The notes under the pieces were generated by a model that saw nothing but the letters and a program-made list of their open reading frames with translations, was not told the DNA's origin and searched no databases. DNA of 64,000 nucleotides from Candidatus Latescibacterota bacterium (GTDB lineage: Bacteria; Latescibacterota; UBA2968): the NCBI GenBank assembly GCA_965207885.1, contig OZ242311.1, positions 2,944,001 through 3,008,000 on the forward strand, read 5' to 3'. Below, piece by piece: positions 29,485 through 39,729 of this stretch; position 1 is the first letter of the stretch; the number at the start of each line of letters is the position of its first letter. The translations under genes and the position numbers were made by a program.

Positions 29485-31641
29485 ATGAAAATACGTATTC
29501 TTTTTGCTTTGTTGTTCTGTATCTCTCTTTTGGGAAGTATTTCCGAGGCGTCTGATTGGACGCACTGGCGCGGTCCCATGCAAAATGGCGCTTCGCCGGA
29601 GACTGGGCTTATTTCTACCTGGTCTCTGGAGGGCGAAAATCTGATCTGGCGCCGTGATTTTATCGGCAGATCTACACCGATTATTGTAAATGGTCGGGTC
29701 TATGTTATCGGGCGAACCGGCAAAGACATAACCGAGCAGGAGCACATCGCGTGTTTTGATGCGGAAACAGGTGATCTCATTTGGGAAAAGAAATTCAATG
29801 TCTGGCACTCAACCATAACCTTCAATCGTCTGGGATGGGCAAGCCTGGGGGCCGATGGCGAGACCGGTAATATTTACGCCCATCTCGTCAGTGGATTATT
29901 GATCTGTTTTGATACCGATGGCTATGTCCAGTGGCAGCGGTCTCTAACCGAAGAATTTAACCGATTCTCCGGTTATGGCGGACGATTGCACACGCCCGTT
30001 GTCGATGGCGATCTGGTTATCATCAGCATGGGCAATCGCGGATGGGCTGGTGTACCTCCTTCTCATCGGTATGTTGCCTTTAATAAACATACGGGTGAAA
30101 CCGCGTGGATGGCTCGTCCAGGCGGCGGTGGGCAGGTTGATTTAACCGTTTACTCTACGCCTGTTGTCACGACAATTGACGGGCAGCGCGTGTTGGTTGC
30201 CGGCAATGGCAATGGCGGTATTTTTGCCTTCAAAGTCGCAACGGGCGAAAAAGTATGGGGTTTTTCATTCAGTAAGCGCGGCATCAATACCTCGCCTGTT
30301 GTGGCTGATAATCGCGTTTATGTCGCACATAGTGAAGAAAATGTCGATAATACCTCTCTTGGTCGCGTTGCGTGTTTGGATGCGCGTACGGGCAAAGAAA
30401 TCTGGCGACAAGACGGTATGACCGCGGGCTATGCTTCGCCAGCGGTTCACGCGGGACGCGTCTATGTGATCGACAATTCGGCCAATGTGCATTGTTTAGA
30501 CGCCAAAACGGGAAAGCAATATTGGGAGCAAAATATCGGCACTGTGGGCAAGGGATCGCCGACCTGGGCCGATGGAAAACTCTATGTTACTGAAGTCAAT
30601 GGCGGCTTCCAGATTCTCAAAACGAACAATATGAACGCTGAAGTGCTCGACAAAAAGAAAATTGCAATGCCCGAAGGTGGGCATGCCGAGATCTACGGAT
30701 CAGCCGCTGTTGCGTATCGCCGCATCTATTTTGCGACCGAAGCCGGGTTGTTTTGTCTGGGCGATAAAAACGCGCGATTTGAAGTCACGCCTTCTCCCCA
30801 TACAAAGCACGAAAGCGCGCCTTCGAGTGCTGAACCAGCATCTATTCTTTCTATTCCGGCTGAGGCGACCATACAACAAGGCGAGGTACTGCCTCTGCGG
30901 GCAGAGGCTTATGACGAGAAGGGCCGCTTGATCGGCAATGCCGACGTCGAGTGGTCGTTGAATGGCCTGGATGGAGAAATAAAGAATAATCAGTTTGTAC
31001 CATCCCGACCGGGACAGGGCGGGTGGATCACGGCCAAACTGGGGGAATTAACCCGACAAACCTGGGTGCGCGTGGTGCCCGATGTGCCCTGGACAGAGGA
31101 TTTTGAAAATGTCGAAGTCGGCACAAATCCATTGCACTGGGTGTGGGGGGGCAGGGGTTTTGTGGTGGAGGAAAAAGATGGCAACATGGTGCTGGCAAAA
31201 CCGCCAGCTGCACGCGGCTTAGACCGGTCAAATCTCTACGTGGCGCCATACAACTTCAGTGGCTATACGATTCAGGCCGATCTTATGGGTACGCAGAACA
31301 AGCGCCGACGTCCCGATATGGGGCTTGTAGCGCATCGCTATATCCTCGACCTTCAGGGCATTCACCAACGCCTTGAAGTGCGATCGTGGTCGTCGGATTT
31401 GCGCATGGCAAAACGCATTGATTTCCACTGGGACATGGGGGTGTGGTACACCATGAAAATGAGAGTTGATATCGAAGGCGGTAAAGCTATCGTTCGGGGC
31501 AAAGTCTGGAAAAAAGGCGATCCCGAACCCGATGCGTGGAGTATTGAAGTAGAGGATCCCCTGCCGATAGAAGAGGGCAGCCCCGCGCTTTACGGCTATT
31601 CACCCGCCACGATTTACTACGATAATGTGAAAGTGTGGTAA
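29485..31641 (+). CDS. Exported PQQ-like beta-propeller protein with C-terminal Ig-like and beta-sandwich domains
   Basis: Signal peptide, DWTHWRGP..NG, repeated DA.TG..IW Trp-docking motifs. Confidence 0.85.
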   Translation: MKIRILFALLFCISLLGSISEASDWTHWRGPMQNGASPETGLISTWSLEGENLIWRRDFIGRSTPIIVNGRVYVIGRTGKDITEQEHIACFDAETGDLIWEKKFNVWHSTITFNRLGWASLGADGETGNIYAHLVSGLLICFDTDGYVQWQRSLTEEFNRFSGYGGRLHTPVVDGDLVIISMGNRGWAGVPPSHRYVAFNKHTGETAWMARPGGGGQVDLTVYSTPVVTTIDGQRVLVAGNGNGGIFAFKVATGEKVWGFSFSKRGINTSPVVADNRVYVAHSEENVDNTSLGRVACLDARTGKEIWRQDGMTAGYASPAVHAGRVYVIDNSANVHCLDAKTGKQYWEQNIGTVGKGSPTWADGKLYVTEVNGGFQILKTNNMNAEVLDKKKIAMPEGGHAEIYGSAAVAYRRIYFATEAGLFCLGDKNARFEVTPSPHTKHESAPSSAEPASILSIPAEATIQQGEVLPLRAEAYDEKGRLIGNADVEWSLNGLDGEIKNNQFVPSRPGQGGWITAKLGELTRQTWVRVVPDVPWTEDFENVEVGTNPLHWVWGGRGFVVEEKDGNMVLAKPPAARGLDRSNLYVAPYNFSGYTIQADLMGTQNKRRRPDMGLVAHRYILDLQGIHQRLEVRSWSSDLRMAKRIDFHWDMGVWYTMKMRVDIEGGKAIVRGKVWKKGDPEPDAWSIEVEDPLPIEEGSPALYGYSPATIYYDNVKVW

Positions 31642-31673
31642 TCTTTATAACCCCTTACAGATAAAGGAATAAA

Positions 31674-33101
31674 ATGAAATTGAAACGACTTTTTAGCGGA
31701 TGTGCCATCGTTGGTTTAATCGTATCGACTGGTATTGCTGAAGAGGTTATGTGGGGATTTACTCCAGATCGCAACCTCGTGTCAGACGCAAAAAATTTGC
31801 CAATGAACTGGAATGTAGAAACGGGTGAAAATATCGCCTGGAAAGCAGATCTCGGTTCGCAGTCCTACGCCGGTCCCATCAGGGTTGGTGGAAAAATATT
31901 CATGGGTACAAATAACCAGATTGAGCGCAATCCCAAAGTCACGGGTGACAAGGGCGTGATCATGGCGTTTCAGGAATCCGATGGGAAATTTCTCTGGCAA
32001 GCGGCGCATCCCAAGCTGCCCGCGGGGCGCGTCAATGACTGGCCACAACAGGGCATTTGTTCCACGCCTTATATTCGCGGAGATCGGATGTATTATATCT
32101 CGAATCAATGTCGCGTGGTGTGTGCGGATACAGAGGGGTTTTTGGATGGGGAAAATGACGGTCCATATACCGGAGAAGAGGATACGAGCGACATCGGCGT
32201 GGATATTATCTGGGAATACGACATGATGGAAGAACTGGATGTGTTCCCCCACAATCTGGCGACCTGTTCGCCCGTGGGGGCGGGCAATCTCCTGTTTGTC
32301 ATCACTGCTAATGGTGTTGACGAGGGCCACATCGCCATCCCGTCGCCTCTGTCGCCCAGTTTTATTGCGGTCGATCTCAATACGGGGGAACTGGTATGGG
32401 AAAAAGCCTATCCGGGTGAAAGTATCTTGCACGGGCAGTGGTCCAATCCCGCTTATGGTGTTATCAATGGCAAGCCGCAGGTGATTTGCCCCGGAGGCGA
32501 TGGTTGGGTTTATTCGGTGGAACCCGAGACCGGGGACTTGATCTGGAAATTTGACTGCAATCCAAAAGACTCTGTGTGGGAGTTGGGTGGGCGCGGTACG
32601 CGCAATGCAATTATTTCCACTCCCGTTATTTACGATAACAAGGTTTTTATCGGCGTTGGGCAAGACCCGGAGCACGGCGAGGGCATTGGACACCTGTGGG
32701 CTATTGATGCAACGGGTAAAGGCGATGTGACGGGAAGCCATGCGGTGTGGCACTTTGGCAATGAAAATTACAACCGGACTATTTCTTCGGTGGGCATCAG
32801 CGATGGCCTGCTCTATGCGGCAGACCTGAGTGGTTTTGTCTATTGTCTCGATCTGAAAACCGGCACACAGCACTGGAAATACGATACATTTGCTGCGATA
32901 TGGGGATCGCCTTTTGTCGCGGATGGAAAGGTGTACATTGGGGATGAAGACGGCGATGTGGCGATTTTGAAAGCCGGAACAGAATTTGAACTGATCAACG
33001 AAATCAATATGGGTAGCGCCGTATATACCACGCCTATTGCAAAAGATGGCATGCTCTACATTGGCACGCGCAATACGCTGTATGCGATTAAAGGCGAGTA
33101 G
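31674..33101 (+). CDS. Exported PQQ-like beta-propeller protein
   Basis: Signal peptide, W..ETGENIAW, multiple TG.L.W blades, acidic insertions. Confidence 0.85.
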   Translation: MKLKRLFSGCAIVGLIVSTGIAEEVMWGFTPDRNLVSDAKNLPMNWNVETGENIAWKADLGSQSYAGPIRVGGKIFMGTNNQIERNPKVTGDKGVIMAFQESDGKFLWQAAHPKLPAGRVNDWPQQGICSTPYIRGDRMYYISNQCRVVCADTEGFLDGENDGPYTGEEDTSDIGVDIIWEYDMMEELDVFPHNLATCSPVGAGNLLFVITANGVDEGHIAIPSPLSPSFIAVDLNTGELVWEKAYPGESILHGQWSNPAYGVINGKPQVICPGGDGWVYSVEPETGDLIWKFDCNPKDSVWELGGRGTRNAIISTPVIYDNKVFIGVGQDPEHGEGIGHLWAIDATGKGDVTGSHAVWHFGNENYNRTISSVGISDGLLYAADLSGFVYCLDLKTGTQHWKYDTFAAIWGSPFVADGKVYIGDEDGDVAILKAGTEFELINEINMGSAVYTTPIAKDGMLYIGTRNTLYAIKGE

Positions 33102-33114
33102 GAGAGGTCACAAT

Positions 33115-34203
33115 ATGGAAGTTCTGGCAACACCAGTGGCCGATAAGGTCAAAGAAGCGCGGGACAATCTCGATACCCAGGTGCGAGATATGGTCGCGTG
33201 GCATTTTAATCCCAGTACGGGATGTCCATTCTGGCTGGAATTTGCAGGGGAATTGGATTTTGATCCGCGGCGGGAGATCGGCGGGTACAGCGATTTGAAA
33301 TACCTCGGACATTTCCAGGATGAATGGCTGCGCGGCGGTCCCGTGCGGCGATGGATACCGAGGGGTAGTGAAGGACAGCGGACTTATGTATTTGAGACGG
33401 GTGGCTCAACTGGGGTTCCCAAATATCGGATCAGCCAAAATGATTTTCAGATCGACTACGAAATGTTTAGCGAGCACCTCTCAGAAGAAACATTTCCGAA
33501 GGGGGCGGACTGGTTAATGCTGGGACCAACAGGTCCACGGCGATTGCGTCTGGCTGTGGAATATCTCTGTCAGATTCGCGGTGGGATTTGCTTTCTCGTG
33601 GATCTTGATCCCCGATGGGTCAACAAGCTGATCAAGCGCGGGGCACTCCAGGAATTGGAACTCTACAAAGCCCATGTGATTGATCAGGCACTCACGATTC
33701 TGCGCGCCAATGACAATGTGAAATGCATGTTCACGACCCCCAAGCTTCTCGAAGAATTATGCGAAAAAATTTCTCTGCAAAAAGCCGGGATTAGCGGCAT
33801 TTTCTGCGGGGGAACAGAGATGAACGCACAATTCAATCGCTTTGCGAGAGAAGAGCTTATCCCGGGTATCGATTTTGTTCCTACCTACGGCAATACCCTG
33901 ATGGGGCTGGCTTATTCCAAGCCTCTGGAACCCGGAGATAACTACGCGATTACGTATTATCCTCCCGTGCCCCGCGCGTTTATCGAACTGGTGAATCCAG
34001 ATAATCCCGATGAAGTGGTCGATTACGACGAAGTCGGGCGCGTGATGCTGACGACGCTTACAAAAGAATTTTTTATGCCCCGCTTTCTCGAACGCGATGA
34101 GGCCGAACGCGCCAAACCGATTGAAGCCTATCCCTGGGATGGCGTGAGAAATCTGGGTCTGCTCTCCGAGTTGCAGGAATCAGTCGTCGTCGGGGTGTAT
34201 TAG
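33115..34203 (+). CDS. GriC/EhpF-like adenylate-forming (ANL superfamily) enzyme
   Basis: WHF.P.TGCPFW, VFETGGSTGVPK P-loop, FCGGT, PTYGNT, FMPRFLERD. Confidence 0.75.
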   Translation: MEVLATPVADKVKEARDNLDTQVRDMVAWHFNPSTGCPFWLEFAGELDFDPRREIGGYSDLKYLGHFQDEWLRGGPVRRWIPRGSEGQRTYVFETGGSTGVPKYRISQNDFQIDYEMFSEHLSEETFPKGADWLMLGPTGPRRLRLAVEYLCQIRGGICFLVDLDPRWVNKLIKRGALQELELYKAHVIDQALTILRANDNVKCMFTTPKLLEELCEKISLQKAGISGIFCGGTEMNAQFNRFAREELIPGIDFVPTYGNTLMGLAYSKPLEPGDNYAITYYPPVPRAFIELVNPDNPDEVVDYDEVGRVMLTTLTKEFFMPRFLERDEAERAKPIEAYPWDGVRNLGLLSELQESVVVGVY

Positions 34204-34299
34204 GTAGCGTTTAAAGAATGGGTAATTGACATAGAGAGAACTTGTTATGCAAGCTGCACACGTATGCAAGATCTGATATGCATACAAGGAGGTAACGAT

Positions 34300-36237
34300 A
34301 TGCGATCTATAATCGCACAAATTCTGGTTGTTGGTCTGCTATTTTACGCGGCCCCACTTCTGGCGCAGGAATGGGGGGATGTGTCTGAAGAGATTCTGGG
34401 CATGACCGGCATTCCCGAAGACTCTGAGGCCGATGCCGTTATTCTGTTCGATAAAGGTACTATCGCTATTACACTGCGATTCCAGCTTGTGATTCAGCGA
34501 CACACCCGAATTAAAATTCTCACCGAACGCGGCCTGAAATACGGCGATGTGTCCATCTATCTCGGCTCTGATGACGAGATAGATGAATTGCGGGCACAGA
34601 CTATTTTGCCCAATGGCAAAAAGGTTACGCTTTCAAAAAAAGACATTTTTACAAAAAAGCGCAGAAGTGGTTCTGAAAAGGTGTTCGCCATACCCGGTGT
34701 GGAGGTGGGGGCTGTTATTGAATACGCCTATGAAATTACCAGTAGACGACTGACATTTCTCGCCCCCTGGCAGTTCCAGCATGGCGTATTTACAAAGCTG
34801 AGTGAGTTGATCTTGATTATTCCAGAAGGTTTCGATTATCGGGCCTTTGCCAGCAATGCCTACGTTCCCGATCCACAGAGAGAGTCTTTTCAAATTGCCG
34901 ATCCTCAAATGGGTACCTCTTTTGTCGGCAGATTTGTATGGCGTGCAGAAAATTTACCAGCTCTTAAACGGGAACCTTATATTACGACGCTCAAAGATTA
35001 TTGGGCCACGTTATTTTTTCAGATTGTCTCTTATCGAAATCCAAAAGATACAATGGCCGATCCTGTCATATTCATTAAAACCTGGGACGACCTTGCGGAA
35101 ACCTTACAAAAGAGTTACAATCCACTCCTCAGAAGAAACAGGACCTTAGAAAGACGGACACTCGCTCTTGCACCCGAGACGCAGGATGACCGCACCCGGG
35201 CAGAGGCTATTTACAGCTATGTGAGAGACTCGATTGAAACATCTGCGTCGAGTGGAAGTCGCAAAAAACCCAACGATGTACTAAAAAGAAAAAAGGGCAG
35301 TTCGTCCGAGAAAAACATGTTGTTAATCGCGATGCTGAAAGCTGCTGGTTTCGAAGCCAGTCCGCTGCGTATTTCCACCCGCATCAATGGGCGTTTGCAA
35401 GAGAACTGGCCTCAATTGCAGCAATTCAACTACACGATTGCACACCTGTCCATAGACGATGACGTTTATTTTTTAGATACAAATGACAGTCAATGTCCAT
35501 TTGTACTGCTACCACCCAGATTCTTGTCTGGAAAAGGGTTTTTGATTGCGGAGGAAGAAGGCAAAATTGTCGAAATTCCCATACCGAAAGATGCGAGCAC
35601 AAGTAGAGCAAATACTCAGGCGAAGCTGACCGAAAACGGCGATCTCCTGTGCCAAACAACACTGCAATTTGAAGGGTATCGCGGGATTTCAGAACGAAAG
35701 GATCTGGACGAAGAGAAACCGGGGAAATACGTCAAAGATATTCTGGAAAACCGTTTTGGAGATGTGGTGATCGATACATTTCAGGTCGCCCAGGACAAAA
35801 ATGTCGATATGCCTTTGGAAGTTAAGATCGACTATCGGGTTCAAAATTACGCCCAGGTGGCTGGCGATATGGTCTATTGTCCATCGAGTTTGATCCATCG
35901 ACGTCAGTCCAATCCCTTCAAGAACGAAAAAAGGCTTTTTCCCGTCGAGTTCAATTACGGCTTTGCATCTGAAGAAATAGTAGATCTGACTCTACCGGAG
36001 GGGTTCGAGGTTGTCGAAATACCCGAAGTACAAAAGGTTACATCCCTCGGGGTCAGGTTTCAGTCTGATTGTCAGGCAGACAGCAATAGCGTGCGTGTCC
36101 AGCGGACGTTTTCTGTGAACCGCGTTTATTACACACCGGCGCAATATTCCCGGCTGCGAAACGCGTATGCAAAGATTGTGAGTGCCGATCAAGGACAGAT
36201 TGTCTTGCGTCGAAGGCCATTGGAAGCCGAAGAATAA
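34300..36237 (+). CDS. DUF3857/transglutaminase-like secreted protein (catalytic Cys apparently absent)
   Basis: DAVILFD, RIKILT..G, PGVEVGAVIEY, GSSSEKN in place of GxC, FNYTI. Confidence 0.82.
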   Translation: MRSIIAQILVVGLLFYAAPLLAQEWGDVSEEILGMTGIPEDSEADAVILFDKGTIAITLRFQLVIQRHTRIKILTERGLKYGDVSIYLGSDDEIDELRAQTILPNGKKVTLSKKDIFTKKRRSGSEKVFAIPGVEVGAVIEYAYEITSRRLTFLAPWQFQHGVFTKLSELILIIPEGFDYRAFASNAYVPDPQRESFQIADPQMGTSFVGRFVWRAENLPALKREPYITTLKDYWATLFFQIVSYRNPKDTMADPVIFIKTWDDLAETLQKSYNPLLRRNRTLERRTLALAPETQDDRTRAEAIYSYVRDSIETSASSGSRKKPNDVLKRKKGSSSEKNMLLIAMLKAAGFEASPLRISTRINGRLQENWPQLQQFNYTIAHLSIDDDVYFLDTNDSQCPFVLLPPRFLSGKGFLIAEEEGKIVEIPIPKDASTSRANTQAKLTENGDLLCQTTLQFEGYRGISERKDLDEEKPGKYVKDILENRFGDVVIDTFQVAQDKNVDMPLEVKIDYRVQNYAQVAGDMVYCPSSLIHRRQSNPFKNEKRLFPVEFNYGFASEEIVDLTLPEGFEVVEIPEVQKVTSLGVRFQSDCQADSNSVRVQRTFSVNRVYYTPAQYSRLRNAYAKIVSADQGQIVLRRRPLEAEE

Positions 36238-36252
36238 GATGAGGGTGGAGAG

Positions 36253-38142
36253 ATGAGAACCATATCTTTCATAAGGTCGGCACTTGTGGTCTTGCTAATT
36301 GCAGCCCATGTGCAGGCAGATGCGGACTGCGTTGGGGAGGATGTTGATGCGGTTGTTGTGCTGGATGAGAACGAATTTGTCATACGAGGCAAAAACAAGG
36401 CGACATATCGCAAACATCGGATTGTCAAAATTAACACCGAAGCAGGACGGAAATACGGACAGGTGGTAATTGGCGAAAATAAATACGTCAAGTGTACCCA
36501 TATCTCTGGAAAAATTTTGGATGCAGAGGGCAATCTGATTCGCAAATTGGGCAAAGGCGATGTTCGGAAAAACCCGTACTTTCCCGAGTACATCCTGTAT
36601 CAGGATACCAAATACCAGGCATTTGAACTGAAGGCCAGCACGTTTCCATATACAGTGGAATATACCTATGAACAGGAATACGAAAGCCTGTTCTTCTGGC
36701 CTTCGTGGTCTCCACAGGCGGATGTTCCCGTTCTGCAGTCAACCTATACTGTTGTGGGGCATGACAAAATTGATTATCGAACCCATGCCGTTGGGTTGAT
36801 AGAACCACCTGTAATGGAAAAGGCGTCTAAACGCAAGTGGCAGTTGACACATATTAAACCCAGAGCCAGCGAGCGGTCTATGCCTCCTGAAGACAGAATT
36901 CAGATGAGGCTCTTTTTTGCGCCTGTTGCCTTCAAAATTGGGAAGTCTCCAGGATCGTTCGCCTCATGGGATGCTGTGGCAAAATGGTACGGGATGCTGG
37001 CTGATGGTCGGTATGACCTGCCACAGGCTGCCGTAGAGAAAGTGCGGACATTGGTATCTGAAGCGAGCAGTGACCGGCAGAAAGTGGAGATTCTCTATCG
37101 CTATCTCCAGGATCACACGCGATATGTGGCTATTGAACTGGGCATTGGGGCGTGGCAACCGTATTCGGCAGAATGGGTTTTTAAGAATAAGTATGGCGAC
37201 TGCAAGGATCTATCTACATTCATGGTTGCGATGCTCAAAGCCTGTGGTATCTCAGCGTATCCAACCTTGATTGGCACGCGCGACCGCGGCATGTTGATTC
37301 GGGAATTTCCTTCCAATCAGTTCAATCACTGTATCACATTTGTCCCCTTGCAACGCGATACGCTCTGGTTGGAATGCACAGCCGACCTTATAGCTGCGGG
37401 GGAGTTGCCATCCGCAGATGAGGGATGCGATGTGCTCGTGGTTAAGGAGAACGCCGGAGAAATCGTTCGGACGCCGCAGAGTAAGAGTGGGGATAACTGC
37501 CAGATTAGCACTATAAAAGGCCATCTCACAGCATCAGGTAAACTTACTTTTTCGGGGCAGCTATCGGGCACAGGTAATATTGCAACGCGATTGAGACACA
37601 GTCTGCGGGATAACAAGGGAGAAGACCGCAAGCGTTATTTAGGCGGAAGATTGGGCAGGTATTTACCCGTGTTGGATCTGGCTACTTATGAGATTGATCA
37701 TCTGCTCCAGAACTTTGACCAACCACTTGAGGTACGCGTTAGCGGTACGTCCGGAAAATTTGGTGCTCGAAGCGCGAAGAGACTATTTGTGAATCCCAAC
37801 ATAGTGAACCGCGCCAGGCCGGGAAGTGTGCCGAGAGCGAAAAAACGGCAATTCTCTGTGTACCATTCCTATCCATATACGTACATTGATTCCCTATCTA
37901 TTGATATACCAAAAGGTTATGTGCTGGAAACTGCGCCTGAGCCAGTGGAAATTACAACGCCATTCGGCTTTTTCAAAACCACCAGTCATTTTTCGGGTGG
38001 CGCATTGCGCTATACCCGAATATTCAGGCTGGATGAAAAACAAATACCGCGGTCAGATTATGAGACCTATGTGTCTTTTATGAAGAATATTGTGAAAAAC
38101 GATCAAATCCCTTATGTTTTTGTGGCTGAGGCAAGTAGATGA
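36253..38142 (+). CDS. DUF3857/transglutaminase-like secreted protein
   Basis: YVAIELGIGAWQP, YGDCKD, FNHCI, WLECT. Confidence 0.85.
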   Translation: MRTISFIRSALVVLLIAAHVQADADCVGEDVDAVVVLDENEFVIRGKNKATYRKHRIVKINTEAGRKYGQVVIGENKYVKCTHISGKILDAEGNLIRKLGKGDVRKNPYFPEYILYQDTKYQAFELKASTFPYTVEYTYEQEYESLFFWPSWSPQADVPVLQSTYTVVGHDKIDYRTHAVGLIEPPVMEKASKRKWQLTHIKPRASERSMPPEDRIQMRLFFAPVAFKIGKSPGSFASWDAVAKWYGMLADGRYDLPQAAVEKVRTLVSEASSDRQKVEILYRYLQDHTRYVAIELGIGAWQPYSAEWVFKNKYGDCKDLSTFMVAMLKACGISAYPTLIGTRDRGMLIREFPSNQFNHCITFVPLQRDTLWLECTADLIAAGELPSADEGCDVLVVKENAGEIVRTPQSKSGDNCQISTIKGHLTASGKLTFSGQLSGTGNIATRLRHSLRDNKGEDRKRYLGGRLGRYLPVLDLATYEIDHLLQNFDQPLEVRVSGTSGKFGARSAKRLFVNPNIVNRARPGSVPRAKKRQFSVYHSYPYTYIDSLSIDIPKGYVLETAPEPVEITTPFGFFKTTSHFSGGALRYTRIFRLDEKQIPRSDYETYVSFMKNIVKNDQIPYVFVAEASR

Positions 38143-38301
38143 ATGTCGTGAGTATTTTAGAGTCAATGTGAAAATACTCACGTTAAATGGACTGGTGGTT
38201 TCTGTCGTGTCATTGCGCTTGCTTTTATTGGGGCGAAAAGCTACTTTTTTGGTGAATTTTCGTATGTTACAACGCAGATTCATACTTTAACGAGACAACT
38301 T

Positions 38302-39726
38302 ATGACTCATTTACCCATTTTACGCGCGGGGGAACCGTACACGAGTTTGAGCGTTCAGGAAGTGTCGCATATTCAAACTGGCGAGCCGCTCGTTCAGGTC
38401 AGTCAGGCAAATCGGGGGCTGGTCGCGAAAGACTTAAATGGGGCGGCGGCGAACAAACAGGTGCTCGACAGGCTGAGTGTATCCGAACTCGTGGGCATAA
38501 CCCGCGAAGCTGCGCGCTTATTTGCAGAAGCTGATTTGCCAATTGGTGACCATATCCAGACGCCCGATGATTATATCAAACAGGTGTCTGGCACTACGGG
38601 TATGCCCGAAGCTCTCTGCCGTGCGAATATGGAGAAGATTCAACTCGTGTGTACGGAGATCGAAGCTATTTTAGGGGGTCTCACGCGCGGGTTAGATCTC
38701 GCTGTACTCGATGAGGGCTGGTACGATCAGGATGGCCGCTCTCTCAGCTACATTTGTCAGGCCGATGCCCTCGGGGCTATATTGCCGAGCAATTCACCAG
38801 GGGTACACGCGCTGTGGGTTCCATCTATACCGCTTAAAGTACCCCTTGTTCTAAAACCCGGACGCGAAGAGCCATGGACGCCTTTTCGAATTGCACAGGC
38901 GTTTATCGAAGCGGGGTGCCCGCCAGAAGCATTTGGGTTTTATCCGACGGATCACGGTGGTGCCACTGAAATTTTGCTTCGCTGTGGTCGCTCCATGCTC
39001 TTTGGAGGCGGGGCGACGGTCGCGCCCTGGCTGGGCGATCCCCGCGTGGAAATTCACGGGCCTGGGCAGAGTAAGGTTATTATTGGCGAAGATGTGATAG
39101 ACCGCTGGGAAGACTATCTCGACATCGCGGTTGCTTCGATTGCTGCGAATGGTGGTCGCTCCTGTATCAATGCATCGGGTGTGTGGGTTCCCGCGTATGG
39201 TCGAGAGATTGCCGAAGCACTCGCAGAGCGAGTGGCAAAAATCGTCGGGAGACCTCTGGATGATCCAGATGCGCAGATCGCGGCATTTACCAACCCCACA
39301 TTCGCCGATCAAATTTCGACGACTATAGACATCCATCTGAAAACCTCAGGAGCTGAAGATCTGACCGAAAAATTGCGCGGTGATCGGCTGGTCGAGATCG
39401 ATGGATTGAAATTTTTAAATCCCACGGTTGTATGGTGTGATGATTTTGAACATCCTCTTGCAAATACCGAATATTTGTTCCCTTATGCGAGCGTGGTCGA
39501 AGTTCCGCAGTCAGAAATTCTGGGCAAGATTGGACCGAGTCTCGTGGTGACAGCAATAACAGAAGACCGTGTATTTATCGACAAATTGCTCAATTCGCCC
39601 CATGTAGAAAGACTCAATGTGGGTGCGATTCCCACGCCTCAGATTTCATGGGATCAACCACACGAGGGCAATTTGTTCGAACATCTGTACCGTCAGCGCG
39701 CGCTGCAATGGGCTAAACAGGCTTAG
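38302..39726 (+). CDS. GriD/EhpG/LuxC-like aldehyde-dehydrogenase-fold reductase
   Basis: LPSNSPGVH, LKPGREEPWT, HGPGQSK, NGGRSCINAS (catalytic Cys), EYLFP. Confidence 0.8.
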   Translation: MTHLPILRAGEPYTSLSVQEVSHIQTGEPLVQVSQANRGLVAKDLNGAAANKQVLDRLSVSELVGITREAARLFAEADLPIGDHIQTPDDYIKQVSGTTGMPEALCRANMEKIQLVCTEIEAILGGLTRGLDLAVLDEGWYDQDGRSLSYICQADALGAILPSNSPGVHALWVPSIPLKVPLVLKPGREEPWTPFRIAQAFIEAGCPPEAFGFYPTDHGGATEILLRCGRSMLFGGGATVAPWLGDPRVEIHGPGQSKVIIGEDVIDRWEDYLDIAVASIAANGGRSCINASGVWVPAYGREIAEALAERVAKIVGRPLDDPDAQIAAFTNPTFADQISTTIDIHLKTSGAEDLTEKLRGDRLVEIDGLKFLNPTVVWCDDFEHPLANTEYLFPYASVVEVPQSEILGKIGPSLVVTAITEDRVFIDKLLNSPHVERLNVGAIPTPQISWDQPHEGNLFEHLYRQRALQWAKQA

Positions 39727-39729
39727 GAG

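Noticed and set aside
4955-32873. Long antisense ORFs (e.g. 4955-5845, 21047-21727, 23273-24079, 31782-32873)
   Set aside because: They lie opposite well-supported genes and have no motifs; shadow ORFs
33115-39726. Bioluminescence (luxCE) or phenazine biosynthesis
   Set aside because: No luxAB/luxD and no phzB/D/E/F/G core genes in the window; only the reductase-type pair is present
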